This document shows, piece by piece, positions 51,770 to 60,197 of a DNA stretch of 64,000 nucleotides. The notes beneath the pieces were generated by a model, which made no database searches, had not been told where the DNA came from, and worked only from the letters and a program-made list of their open reading frames with translations. The stretch spans positions 387,155-451,154 of the forward strand of contig JAVZZH010000001.1 of assembly GCA_038885755.1 (NCBI GenBank), in the 5' to 3' direction. Both the position numbers and the translations under genes were made by a program. The DNA comes from Candidatus Caldarchaeum sp. (GTDB lineage: Archaea; Thermoproteota; Nitrososphaeria_A; Caldarchaeales; Caldarchaeaceae). Each line of letters begins with the position of its first letter. The stretch's first letter is position 1.

Positions 51770-52356
51770 TACTGTCTACGCACCACGGCCCCCCCGGGCT
51801 CAACCTCCGAGAAAACCTCAGCCCTGAACTTGCTCAGACGCATCTTACCGTAAACCCAGTAGGTTGGGTTGAGGCCTGCTTTGACGCATAGATGGGAGAG
51901 GTATTCTTCAGCGTTCCAGCCGTACTCGACTGGCACTTGGGGGAGAAGCAGGCCAGAGCCGTAGGGGGTTTCCAAGATCAGCCCATCCTTCCCCACCTCT
52001 ATCCTAGCCGGCAATTCATGCCTCGACTCGGCGTCAACCGGCTCGGGAGGCGTAAGCACGCTGACCTCGAACACGACCCTAGATAGCTCCTCAGGCGTAA
52101 TCGGCGGAAACCTCGGGTCGTCGAAGGCGGCTGCGAGGGCAGCCCTAGCAGTGGCCTCATCCAGCGGCATGTCCGGGTTGACAAAGCCTATGCATCCACG
52201 CAGGTCCTTGGCTGGATGGGTGTATATCGAGACAAACACTCCTCTCTTCTCAGACGAGCCGCGACCTCCGGGGTTGTAAAGCTTTTCCGTCGCAAAATAG
52301 TGCTCTACGGCTTTTCGGGCTAGAGAGACGAGCAGAGCGCCTTCTTCTAGGTCCAT
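51769..52356 (-). CDS. AMMECR1 domain protein
   Basis: It carries the LRGCIGF motif and matches the AMMECR1 length and pattern. Confidence 0.88.
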   Translation of the reverse strand: MDLEEGALLVSLARKAVEHYFATEKLYNPGGRGSSEKRGVFVSIYTHPAKDLRGCIGFVNPDMPLDEATARAALAAAFDDPRFPPITPEELSRVVFEVSVLTPPEPVDAESRHELPARIEVGKDGLILETPYGSGLLLPQVPVEYGWNAEEYLSHLCVKAGLNPTYWVYGKMRLSKFRAEVFSEVEPGGAVVRRQ

Positions 52357-52363
52357 CTTCGCA

Positions 52364-52783
52364 CTAGGTTAGAAGCTGCTTAAGCGTCTTACTAATGTTT
52401 CTCCAGTGTCCTCCAACCCAGTAGCGCTTACCGCAGAACCCGCACACCCATTCAGGAGGTTGCGTCGACGACCTGTCCAGCAGCGTGTTGCATTCGGGGC
52501 AGCGGCTGTTATCCATGTTGAAGACGAGTTTTATACCTGTCTCGGACTGAATTTTTTTGAGCGACTGGACCACGTCGTCAGAGTTTAGTAGAACATTCCT
52601 CACCGAGTTTTTGACAGCCCTTTGAGCCAGCTCCCTGTCCCTCGTGACTAATATCCTCTCCTCCCTCCTAGCGGCTTCTAAGAGCTCTTCGTCGGAGAGG
52701 TTATAGTTGTACAGAGTGTCGTATCCCAAAAGCCTCAGCCAAGTCACTAGGTGGCCGAGCATCGTGTCTAGGATGAACTTCAT
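52364..52783 (-). CDS. Mut7-C RNase domain protein (PIN-like + zinc ribbon)
   Basis: Motifs are FILDTMLGHLVTWLRLLGYDT, ILVTRDRELA and CPECN...CGFCGKRYWVGGHW. Confidence 0.85.
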   Translation of the reverse strand: MKFILDTMLGHLVTWLRLLGYDTLYNYNLSDEELLEAARREERILVTRDRELAQRAVKNSVRNVLLNSDDVVQSLKKIQSETGIKLVFNMDNSRCPECNTLLDRSSTQPPEWVCGFCGKRYWVGGHWRNISKTLKQLLT

Positions 52784-53370
52784 TCCGACGCGCTGAACTT
52801 CCCCTTACCCTCGAGCTCCAGCCGGCATTCCTCGCACAATAGCTGGTCCTCAACTCTCACCAAAAGGTCCGACCACTCGCCGCAGGAATCGCAGTAGCCT
52901 TCGACAGGGTTTGAAGACGGGTAGGCGGCAGCTCCGCCGATCTTGAGCTTCTCCCTCACGATGGACAAAATCTCGGGGGTGACTTGGAGAATGTCCTTGA
53001 TGGTGACTACTCCGACGAGCTTCTCTTTGTATACCACCGCGAGCCTGCTCAGCTTGAGACGATTCATCTTGCTCAAAGCTTCCTCGATTAGGACGTCGGG
53101 CTCGATCGTCTGGAGAGGCGTGGTCATGATATCCCTAGCCCTCACCTTGTTGGGGTCGCTGCCGTTGGCCACAACTTGGCAGACCACGTCTGTCTTCGTG
53201 ATTATTCCCAGCGGCTTCCCGTTTGAAGTTATGATTATGCTGCCTATGCCGTACTTCCGCATCAGCCCAGCCACTTCAACTATCGTCGCCGATTCGCTCG
53301 CCTCGATGACCGGGCTCGACATCACGTCTCTAACCCTGACCTCGTCGAAAAGGGCTGTCGGCTTTACCAT
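52780..53370 (-). CDS. CBS-domain pair protein with C-terminal zinc-ribbon
   Basis: It has two CBS repeats followed by CDSCGEWSDLLVRVEDQLLCEECRLE. Confidence 0.85.
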   Translation of the reverse strand: MVKPTALFDEVRVRDVMSSPVIEASESATIVEVAGLMRKYGIGSIIITSNGKPLGIITKTDVVCQVVANGSDPNKVRARDIMTTPLQTIEPDVLIEEALSKMNRLKLSRLAVVYKEKLVGVVTIKDILQVTPEILSIVREKLKIGGAAAYPSSNPVEGYCDSCGEWSDLLVRVEDQLLCEECRLELEGKGKFSASE

Positions 53371-53394
53371 CTTCCCCCGAACTACTTATGGCAA

Positions 53395-55284
53395 CTAACG
53401 ACTAATAAGCTTGTCCAAATAATACACAGAGCAACGTCCGAAAGGTATCTGGGCTGCAAGCATTTCGGCTTCCTCGTTGGAGGGTGTCGCGTTCAGCAGC
53501 TTGAAAACCTTAAATGCAGCGTCTCTAGCCAACGTTCCTCCCGGCCTCAGCTCGACGAAACCACGCCCCGACCTGAGACCCGTCAGGTATGGGACGACAG
53601 CGAAGCCTTTATCCGTCTGGACAGCCGCAAGCCTAAGCTCGGCAGAGACGTATCTTCTCTGGCCGTAGACCATGAAAGAACCCTTCGGCAGGAACTGGCC
53701 GGTGGGCGGGGTGAAGGAGACTTGGTCAGCCGCCACGTAGTAAACCGATGCGCTTGAGAACATCTCCCTCCAAGCCCTGCTGTAGCAGGCGGTGAACTGG
53801 GCCGCCTCCATTATGTCTGCTTCAGATGCTCTCAACCCGTCCTTCAGGACCGTCGCCGGCGACCCCGCCACCTCCGTGTGGAAAACGACATCGTTCACGG
53901 CTAGATGCTGTTTGAGCAACTTTATGTTCGACCTGCTGTCTCTGCCTGACATGACTAGAAAACCGCCGGAGGTCGTGAACTCTCTGAAGGGCTTGACCTG
54001 CATACGGGGCGTAGGCTTGGGCAAGTGCTTCTCCAGCTCAACCAACTCGCTGCCGGAAGCAAGGCGTCTAACCCTTTCGTCGATGTTCTCGACCTCGGCT
54101 GAAAGCTTTTCAAGGGATTTTTTGAGGGTTTTAAGCTCGTCGTAAAGCTTTCCAAGCTCTCTATGTATCGAGGAGGTGCGCCTCAGCACAAGCCTGACTT
54201 CTCCCATCTGAAGCGTTAGCGTTTTGTCATCCAGCTCAGCCCTTAATCCCGTTGACGCACAGACTTGTTCAACCTCTTCCTTAGGAGCTTTCCACAGGTC
54301 TTCCAGCATGTAGGTCAACGGCTTGGCTCTGTTGAGGAAGTCCTCTAAATCGTCTATCCTTCTCCTCAGCTTATCGATTGCGAAAAGCTTGTCCCTTCTC
54401 TCCCTCTCCAAGGCCTCTATCTGCCGCTGGATGGACTGCTTCTCCGACTCCATCCGTCTCCTGCCAACTTCATTAATGTAAGCCTCCAAAACGGCTTGGC
54501 AGAAGCTGGTTTTCTCCTCGAAATCGAGGTCATGGAGGGATTTGAGCTCGACGGGGCTGGGCAGCTTCTCCAGCCCACGCATGTAGACTCGGGGACGGGG
54601 CTTGGTCATCTCCTCGAAAAGCTCCTTCAATGCCTCTCCGATCCTGTTCCTCTCCTCCTCAACAAGGCTGGACGTCTTCCTCAATTTCTCGACGCCAGCC
54701 CTGTACAGAACCTCTTCCGCATACTTCCCCCCCAGACCAAGGTCTCTAGAAAGAGACGCAACAACGGGCGAACCGGGGTTTAGCATGTGTAGATGCTCAG
54801 AAGGGTTCATCGAAGGGATTAGGGCGAACTTTTCAGCGGGTTGTTTGTAGGAAGCCCCCTTGACTATCGTTCGTGCGGAAGACTTGACGGGCTCGAGAAG
54901 CCAGACCACGGTATCGTCCTTTATCAGGAAGACACCGCCGGGAGGCATGAGCTCCGCCACAAGCCTAAGACCCTCTCTGTCGAACGCAAGTTCCACGATC
55001 CTCTCGGACCCGCGCTGGCTTAACGCAGTTATTTTCAGGCCTCCGACCATCCTCCTAAGCTGGAGGATGTTGGCCGGCGGTTCGGCTGGCTTGGGATACG
55101 GAGTAGCCGTGTAAGTAATCATCTTACCGGCTGCGACCAAAAGCTCGAACGACTGGAGCTCCGGCTTGTGAAGCTTGAAGACTAATGTTTTCTCCTCTGT
55201 CTGGTAAACGTTTCTAACGTAGGCGTCCTCGACGAGGTTTTTGAGCTCTTTCACGACGACCGTGAGCTCCGCTGACGTGAGCAT
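53395..55284 (-). CDS. NFACT-family protein (FbpA/Rqc2/NEMF homolog, ribosome quality control)
   Basis: It has an NFACT-N region, a central coiled coil and a DUF814/NFACT-R motif (GGFLVMSGRDSRSNIKLLKQHLAVNDVVFHTEVAGSPATVLK). Confidence 0.88.
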   Translation of the reverse strand: MLTSAELTVVVKELKNLVEDAYVRNVYQTEEKTLVFKLHKPELQSFELLVAAGKMITYTATPYPKPAEPPANILQLRRMVGGLKITALSQRGSERIVELAFDREGLRLVAELMPPGGVFLIKDDTVVWLLEPVKSSARTIVKGASYKQPAEKFALIPSMNPSEHLHMLNPGSPVVASLSRDLGLGGKYAEEVLYRAGVEKLRKTSSLVEEERNRIGEALKELFEEMTKPRPRVYMRGLEKLPSPVELKSLHDLDFEEKTSFCQAVLEAYINEVGRRRMESEKQSIQRQIEALERERRDKLFAIDKLRRRIDDLEDFLNRAKPLTYMLEDLWKAPKEEVEQVCASTGLRAELDDKTLTLQMGEVRLVLRRTSSIHRELGKLYDELKTLKKSLEKLSAEVENIDERVRRLASGSELVELEKHLPKPTPRMQVKPFREFTTSGGFLVMSGRDSRSNIKLLKQHLAVNDVVFHTEVAGSPATVLKDGLRASEADIMEAAQFTACYSRAWREMFSSASVYYVAADQVSFTPPTGQFLPKGSFMVYGQRRYVSAELRLAAVQTDKGFAVVPYLTGLRSGRGFVELRPGGTLARDAAFKVFKLLNATPSNEEAEMLAAQIPFGRCSVYYLDKLISR

Positions 55285-55368
55285 CCATCTAAGGCAACGG
55301 CCCTGCTCGGTAAAAACTGTTGACCTGCCAACCTTAAATTAGCGTTTTCACGGAGAGAACGGAGGAGC

Positions 55369-55638
55369 TTGGGCTTCGACTACGTCTACTGGGTTAAAGT
55401 GTTTACAGCCGTAGCTTACGGATACATCTCTGCGTATGGAGCTCTAGCTCTCGACTCCGCTCTATACACCTACGTTTTTTTGTTCACGGCTGTTCTCATC
55501 TACATCGTCCTAGCTGAGATTATCTGGAGGATGGGCGGAATGAAGGTTCGGAGAAGACAGTCCTACCTGAACGGGGCTGGAGGGTACGCGGGTGTTTACC
55601 TTCTAACTTGGATTATGTTCTTCAACCTTCTTGCGTAG
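55369..55638 (+). CDS. Small membrane protein (89 aa, three hydrophobic helices), weak call
   Basis: It starts with TTG and has a strongly hydrophobic pattern. Its 3' end overlaps the convergent 122-aa ORF by 17 nt. Confidence 0.45.
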   Translation: MGFDYVYWVKVFTAVAYGYISAYGALALDSALYTYVFLFTAVLIYIVLAEIIWRMGGMKVRRRQSYLNGAGGYAGVYLLTWIMFFNLLA

Positions 55639-55990
55639 CGGTTATTTTCGCCGGCTTTGGAAGCTTGTCGACAGCTTCTATCACATGCAGCCACGCTTGG
55701 AAGAACCTGTCCTCCTTTCCAAGCATCCGTGATAGACCCTCCATAGACCTTTTGACATAGCCCTTCCTCCTCCTATACTCCTCGTTTAGATAAAGCATGT
55801 AGAGCAGGGAGTCTCTGTCTTCACCGACGTAGGAATGGTACAAACCCTTGAGGGCGTGGATGTACCTCTTGTCGTCGGGGTGCTTCTCCTCCAGTTGTGT
55901 AAGATACTTCTCAGCATCGGATAGCTTGTTCCTGAACAAAATATCTAGGAACTCGAAGGTCTCCTTAGCCGAGACTACCATCGTCATCAA
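55622..55990 (-). CDS. Hypothetical helical protein (122 aa) translationally coupled to radA
   Basis: Its start overlaps the radA stop by 4 nt. It is predicted all-helical ([15 protein letters not shown]...[11 protein letters not shown]...). No family was recognised. Confidence 0.6.
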   Translation of the reverse strand: MMTMVVSAKETFEFLDILFRNKLSDAEKYLTQLEEKHPDDKRYIHALKGLYHSYVGEDRDSLLYMLYLNEEYRRRKGYVKRSMEGLSRMLGKEDRFFQAWLHVIEAVDKLPKPAKITATQEG

Positions 55991-56949
55991 CCCTCTTCAA
56001 CGTCTTCGACGCCGTTCTCAGTTATCTGGAAAACCGCCTCTCCCTCAGGCAGGTACGGGCTCGAAACCAGCCGAGCTATCCTCGTCCTCCTGCCGGGTAC
56101 CTTGCGGAGCAAAACTCTGTTGTGGCTGGTGTGGCCGACGATGTGGCCTCCTATCGGATAGACGGCCGAGCTGCTGAAGATGTCGTCGGGCTTCGCCGCG
56201 ACCTGGTTTGTGGCCACTGCGGCGGCGTTGAAGGCTCTAGCAAGCCTGACGATGCGATGCATGTGTTTGTTCAGCTTCTGCTGCCTTTCAGGAAGCATCT
56301 GCCTTCCAAGATATTCGCTCCTGAAGTGAGCGGTCAACGAGTCGATTATGATTAGCTTAACGTTTCTCTCCTTGATGATCTTGTCAGACTTCTCTATCAG
56401 AATTATTTGATGGTCGCTTGTGTAGGCTTCCGAGTATATTATCCGCTCCATGACCTCGTCGGGTTCAAGCCCTAAATGCTTGGCCATCGACACTATTCTC
56501 TCAGGCCTGAACGTGTTCTCGGTGTCTATGTAGAGCGCAGACCCGTCTAGTCCTCCGCGTCTTACTGGTAGCTGAACGTTTACGGCTAGCTGGTGGCATA
56601 TCTGGGACTTGCCCGTGCCAAACTCTCCGAAGAACTCTGTTATCGCCTGCGTCTCAACACCCCCGCCGAGCAGCATGTCCAGCCTCATGCTTCCCGTGCT
56701 GATGCGGCCTATCGATGTCTTGAGGTCGGCCAACTCCTTTGCAGTCACCCACGTTATCTCGATGCACTCCCTCGCGGTCGAGATTACCTGCGACGCCTGC
56801 TTCTCGTCGAACCCCGCAGCAACAAGCTCAGCCACGGTAGCAGTTGCGACAGACTCGACGGTCGTATACCCCATCTCCTTAAGCTTTTCCGCTAGATGTT
56901 TGCTCACCCCGGGCAAGTCCTCCAAGTATACGTAGCGAGACTCTTTCAA
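55987..56949 (-). CDS. radA: DNA repair and recombination protein RadA
   Basis: It has an N-terminal HhH domain ([20 protein letters not shown]), Walker [10 protein letters not shown], Walker B LIIIDS, and is full length at 320 aa. Confidence 0.96.
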   Translation of the reverse strand: MKESRYVYLEDLPGVSKHLAEKLKEMGYTTVESVATATVAELVAAGFDEKQASQVISTARECIEITWVTAKELADLKTSIGRISTGSMRLDMLLGGGVETQAITEFFGEFGTGKSQICHQLAVNVQLPVRRGGLDGSALYIDTENTFRPERIVSMAKHLGLEPDEVMERIIYSEAYTSDHQIILIEKSDKIIKERNVKLIIIDSLTAHFRSEYLGRQMLPERQQKLNKHMHRIVRLARAFNAAAVATNQVAAKPDDIFSSSAVYPIGGHIVGHTSHNRVLLRKVPGRRTRIARLVSSPYLPEGEAVFQITENGVEDVEEG

Positions 56950-57014
56950 TCCTCCGCTCCCTGTTCATGTCTGCAGGGAATAATAAAAACTAATAGCCTC
57001 GGCAGGCTCACACC

Positions 57015-58250
57015 GTGTCGATGAAGGCGGTCTTGGTTGTTCTCGACGGTCTAGGGGACCGGAGATGCAGGTCCTTGAACGGGCTAACACCTCTCCAAGC
57101 TGCAAGTCCTTCTTTGCTCGACAGGCTTGCGGCTGAGGGCGAGACTGGAATAGTGGACGTTGTCTCCCCCGGGGTTCCCAACGGAAGCGACACAGGACAC
57201 CTGGCTTTGCTGGGCTACGACCCTCACAGATACTACACTGGCCGGGGGCCCTTCGAGGCTTTGGGAGCTGGTATAGACCTAGAGAAAGGCGATGTCGCGT
57301 TCAGGTGTAATTTTGGCACAGTCGACTCTGGCTCGGTGCTCGTTGACAGGAGAGCTGGTAGAATATCATCGGAGGAGGCGGGGAAGCTTGCCGAGTCGGT
57401 TGGGGAGATGGAGGTTGAGGGGGTGAAGGTTTTGTTCAAACACACCGTTGAACACAGGGGTGTCCTCCTCCTACGGGGTGAAGGGCTTTCTCACAGAGTT
57501 TCGAACGTTGACCCGCACAGCACGGGGACCGTCGTCGCCTCTCCCAAACCGCTTGACGAAAGCAGAGAAGCGAAATTCACGGCCGAAGTCCTGACGAGGT
57601 ATCTGACGGAGGCCAGAAAGATACTCGCAGCTCATCCAATAAACCTGAGGAGGGTTGAGCTTGGCCTTCCTCCCGCCAACTTCATACTTACCCGGGGTGC
57701 GGGCGTTAAGCCGGACCTTCCGAGCTTCGAGTCGAAATACGGCATGCGGGGGGCTGTCGTCGCTGGAGGTGCTCTCTACAAGGGCGTCTGCAGGGCGGCG
57801 GGGTTGGACGTAGCACGTGTCGAGGGGGCTACGGGAACCGTCAACACAAACCTACATGGCAAGGCTGGGGCTGTGCTGGAGCAGCTTAAAACCCATGACT
57901 TCGTCCTCCTCCACGTAAAGGCCACCGACACGTTGAGCCATGACAAAAAGCCCGCCGAAAAAGCGATGATGATAAAGAAGGTTTCGGATGCTTTGAAGAA
58001 AATGGTGGAGGAGCTTCCCGACGGAACACATCTGGCTATCACCGGAGACCACACGACTCCGTCGGAGTTAGGGGAGCATAGGGGAGACCCGGTTCCGCTG
58101 CTGGTCTGGGGCCCGCAGGTAAGGGGCGACATGGTCACCTCTTTCAACGAAGTTTCATGCAGCCGTGGAGGGCTGGGTAGAATTAGAGGAGTGGACGTAA
58201 TGCCTATATTGGCAAACTACGCGGGAGCTCTAGAGCTGTTCGGCGAGTGA
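57015..58250 (+). CDS. apgM: 2,3-bisphosphoglycerate-independent phosphoglycerate mutase, archaeal type
   Basis: Motifs are VVLDGLGD, GSDTGHLALLGYDP and TGDHTTP. Confidence 0.92.
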   Translation: MSMKAVLVVLDGLGDRRCRSLNGLTPLQAASPSLLDRLAAEGETGIVDVVSPGVPNGSDTGHLALLGYDPHRYYTGRGPFEALGAGIDLEKGDVAFRCNFGTVDSGSVLVDRRAGRISSEEAGKLAESVGEMEVEGVKVLFKHTVEHRGVLLLRGEGLSHRVSNVDPHSTGTVVASPKPLDESREAKFTAEVLTRYLTEARKILAAHPINLRRVELGLPPANFILTRGAGVKPDLPSFESKYGMRGAVVAGGALYKGVCRAAGLDVARVEGATGTVNTNLHGKAGAVLEQLKTHDFVLLHVKATDTLSHDKKPAEKAMMIKKVSDALKKMVEELPDGTHLAITGDHTTPSELGEHRGDPVPLLVWGPQVRGDMVTSFNEVSCSRGGLGRIRGVDVMPILANYAGALELFGE

Positions 58251-58621
58251 CTGGTGCTAGGATTCCGATAGTCATAAGAGTTGAGGGGCTACCTGACGTG
58301 GAGGGTGAGCTACACAGGTTCGCCGCACCCCTCACCGTCGAGGAGGTCGTTAAACGTCTCCCCCTCGAAGGTTTCGTGGCCCGATGGCCCGCAGCAGTCT
58401 ACATCATCACACAAGTCCAGAGAGGTGTGGAGAAATCCAGCGGCATGCTTGCGGCCGGCGACATCTTCTACTGGCCGCCTGAAGGCGTGATCGGCGTAGC
58501 TTTGGCGGAGCACGTGCCTCGATCCCAGACCCTAAAGATCGGATCCGTCGGCAAGGCCTACTCTGTGTTGGAGAAGGCTAGGGTTGGCTCTCGGATGAGG
58601 GTTTCTTTGAAGACTTCTTAG
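58247..58621 (+). CDS. Cyclophilin-like domain protein (TM1367/PF04126-like)
   Basis: The sequence VEGELHRFAAPLTVEEVVKRLPLEG...AAGDIFYWPPEGVIGVAL matches the family pattern. It overlaps apgM by 4 nt. Confidence 0.75.
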   Translation: MTGARIPIVIRVEGLPDVEGELHRFAAPLTVEEVVKRLPLEGFVARWPAAVYIITQVQRGVEKSSGMLAAGDIFYWPPEGVIGVALAEHVPRSQTLKIGSVGKAYSVLEKARVGSRMRVSLKTS

Positions 58622-58958
58622 CCTTCTTTGGCTTGGCTTCAGCCTCGGTTGACGCTTGGGGTGTGGGAGCTGCCGCGGTCTTGAGAAGCGGCTCGTAGAT
58701 TCTTATGCGGTTCACGCCCACAACCTCCCGGACCAAACCTCTCGAAACAAACTGCTTGAGCAAGGCCTTGGCTATTGACACCCTCACCTTCAGACGCTCA
58801 GCCAGAATCGACGGGGTGACGACCTTCAGCCCAGCTAGAGCACCCTTAACATCCTCATCGGAGGGCACCGCAACCCCTAGAACACCCTTCTCCACAGACT
58901 CCTCCTTCTTCTTCTCAGCCGCCTTCTTCCGCTCCTGCTTCTTCTGCTCCCCGCTCAC
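58578..58958 (-). CDS. rps25e: 30S ribosomal protein S25e
   Basis: It has a Lys-rich N-terminus and the wH core VVTPSILAERLKVRVSIAKALLKQFVSRGLVREV...IRIYEP, plus an Ala/Lys/Ser-rich tail. Confidence 0.85.
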   Translation of the reverse strand: MSGEQKKQERKKAAEKKKEESVEKGVLGVAVPSDEDVKGALAGLKVVTPSILAERLKVRVSIAKALLKQFVSRGLVREVVGVNRIRIYEPLLKTAAAPTPQASTEAEAKPKKAKKSSKKPSSESQP

Positions 58959-59023
58959 GGCTCTGGATGAAATGGCTTCATTTATTAAGGCTTAAACCCT
59001 GCCCAGCCAAAACAAATGCAGGA

Positions 59024-59800
59024 ATGACAAAGCCCTCGATAAAATACCTCGGCCACGTGGCTCTCGTAAGGCTTCCGCCCGGCTTCGTCGGCAGCCCAGA
59101 AAAGATCGCCGAAAACCTGCTTGCAAAGAGACCTAGGGTGAAGACGGTCGTGCTAATCGACGGCGTCGAGGGCCCGCTAAGGACTCCGCGTGTGAGCGGT
59201 GTTTTCGGGGAGTCTTCCGCCGAGACGGTTCACAGGGAGAACGGCATGGTTTTCAAGCTTGACGCTTCACGGTTGATGTTCTCTCTGGGGAACAGCTTCG
59301 AGAGGCTTAGGATGATGAATCTTCCCGGAGAAGGCGAGACAGTAGTAGACATGTTTGCGGGAGTTGGGCAGTTCACTATTCCGGCGGCAAAATCCAGAGC
59401 CGAACGCGTCTATTCCTTCGAAATCAACCACAACGCCTACGACTACCTGCTGCAGAACATATGCCTTAACAAGGTTGAGGACAGGGTGAAGCCGTTCTGC
59501 GACGACTGCCGCAACGCCGTAAAACACGGCCTCAGAGAAGCAGCCGACCGGATAATAATGGGATACTTGAAAGGAACCCTCAACTTCCTCCCAACCGCGC
59601 TCGAAGTAGCCAAATCCGAGGCCGTGATTCACTTGCACGAGCTAGCCAGACCAGTCGACGGATGGGCTGAACTCTACAGCCGCTGCAAGGTCTTGGCGCG
59701 TGAGCTGGGTAGGGAGCTGAAGCTAGACGCGTGGAGGGTTGTCAAGACCTACTCGGCTAAGATGTGGCATTACGTTCTAGACCTAAGGCTCGGAGGCTAG
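59024..59800 (+). CDS. trm5: tRNA (guanine37-N1)-methyltransferase Trm5 / Met-10+ family
   Basis: It has the SAM motif VVDMFAGVGQFTIPAA and the Met-10+ layout. The ATG at 59024 is preferred because it leaves a divergent promoter region with rps25e. Confidence 0.85.
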   Translation: MTKPSIKYLGHVALVRLPPGFVGSPEKIAENLLAKRPRVKTVVLIDGVEGPLRTPRVSGVFGESSAETVHRENGMVFKLDASRLMFSLGNSFERLRMMNLPGEGETVVDMFAGVGQFTIPAAKSRAERVYSFEINHNAYDYLLQNICLNKVEDRVKPFCDDCRNAVKHGLREAADRIIMGYLKGTLNFLPTALEVAKSEAVIHLHELARPVDGWAELYSRCKVLARELGRELKLDAWRVVKTYSAKMWHYVLDLRLGG

Positions 59801-60145
59801 ACGCTGCTTCAGCCACTTCGCAACAGCTGAGAAAGTAGGGCTTCTGGAGACGTTGATGACCAAGGCTTCAGGGCCCTTTTCAGCGCTCAGCATCTGGGTG
59901 TAGTTCGGCAGAGGAGCGAAAGAAACGCTCATCCAGTAAACTCTTCCGCTCATCAACTCCTCAACCACCCTCGTGTTGTTCGATGCTAGAGGTATGGGAA
60001 GAAAAACAACACCGTCCGCCCAGTACAGGACAGCCGGCTGACCCGGAGGCAGAAGCATGTTCCGGACCAGCTCGTCAGCTGTCGGATACTTGATGTACTC
60101 CAGCACCACTATCTCCTTGAGCGGGTTGTAGACTATCTCCACCAT
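59783..60145 (-). CDS. Hypothetical protein (about 121 aa)
   Basis: The ORF is open from 60199, but that start overlaps the divergent acyl-CoA ligase ATG by 2 nt. The internal ATG at 60145 leaves a shared AT-rich promoter region (CCTTTTAAGTGTTTTTA). No family was recognised. Confidence 0.5.
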   Translation of the reverse strand: MVEIVYNPLKEIVVLEYIKYPTADELVRNMLLPPGQPAVLYWADGVVFLPIPLASNNTRVVEELMSGRVYWMSVSFAPLPNYTQMLSAEKGPEALVINVSRSPTFSAVAKWLKQRLASEP

Positions 60146-60197
60146 GCAATAAAGAGGATGGAAAATCCTTTTAAGTGTTTTTACACACTTATTCGAC

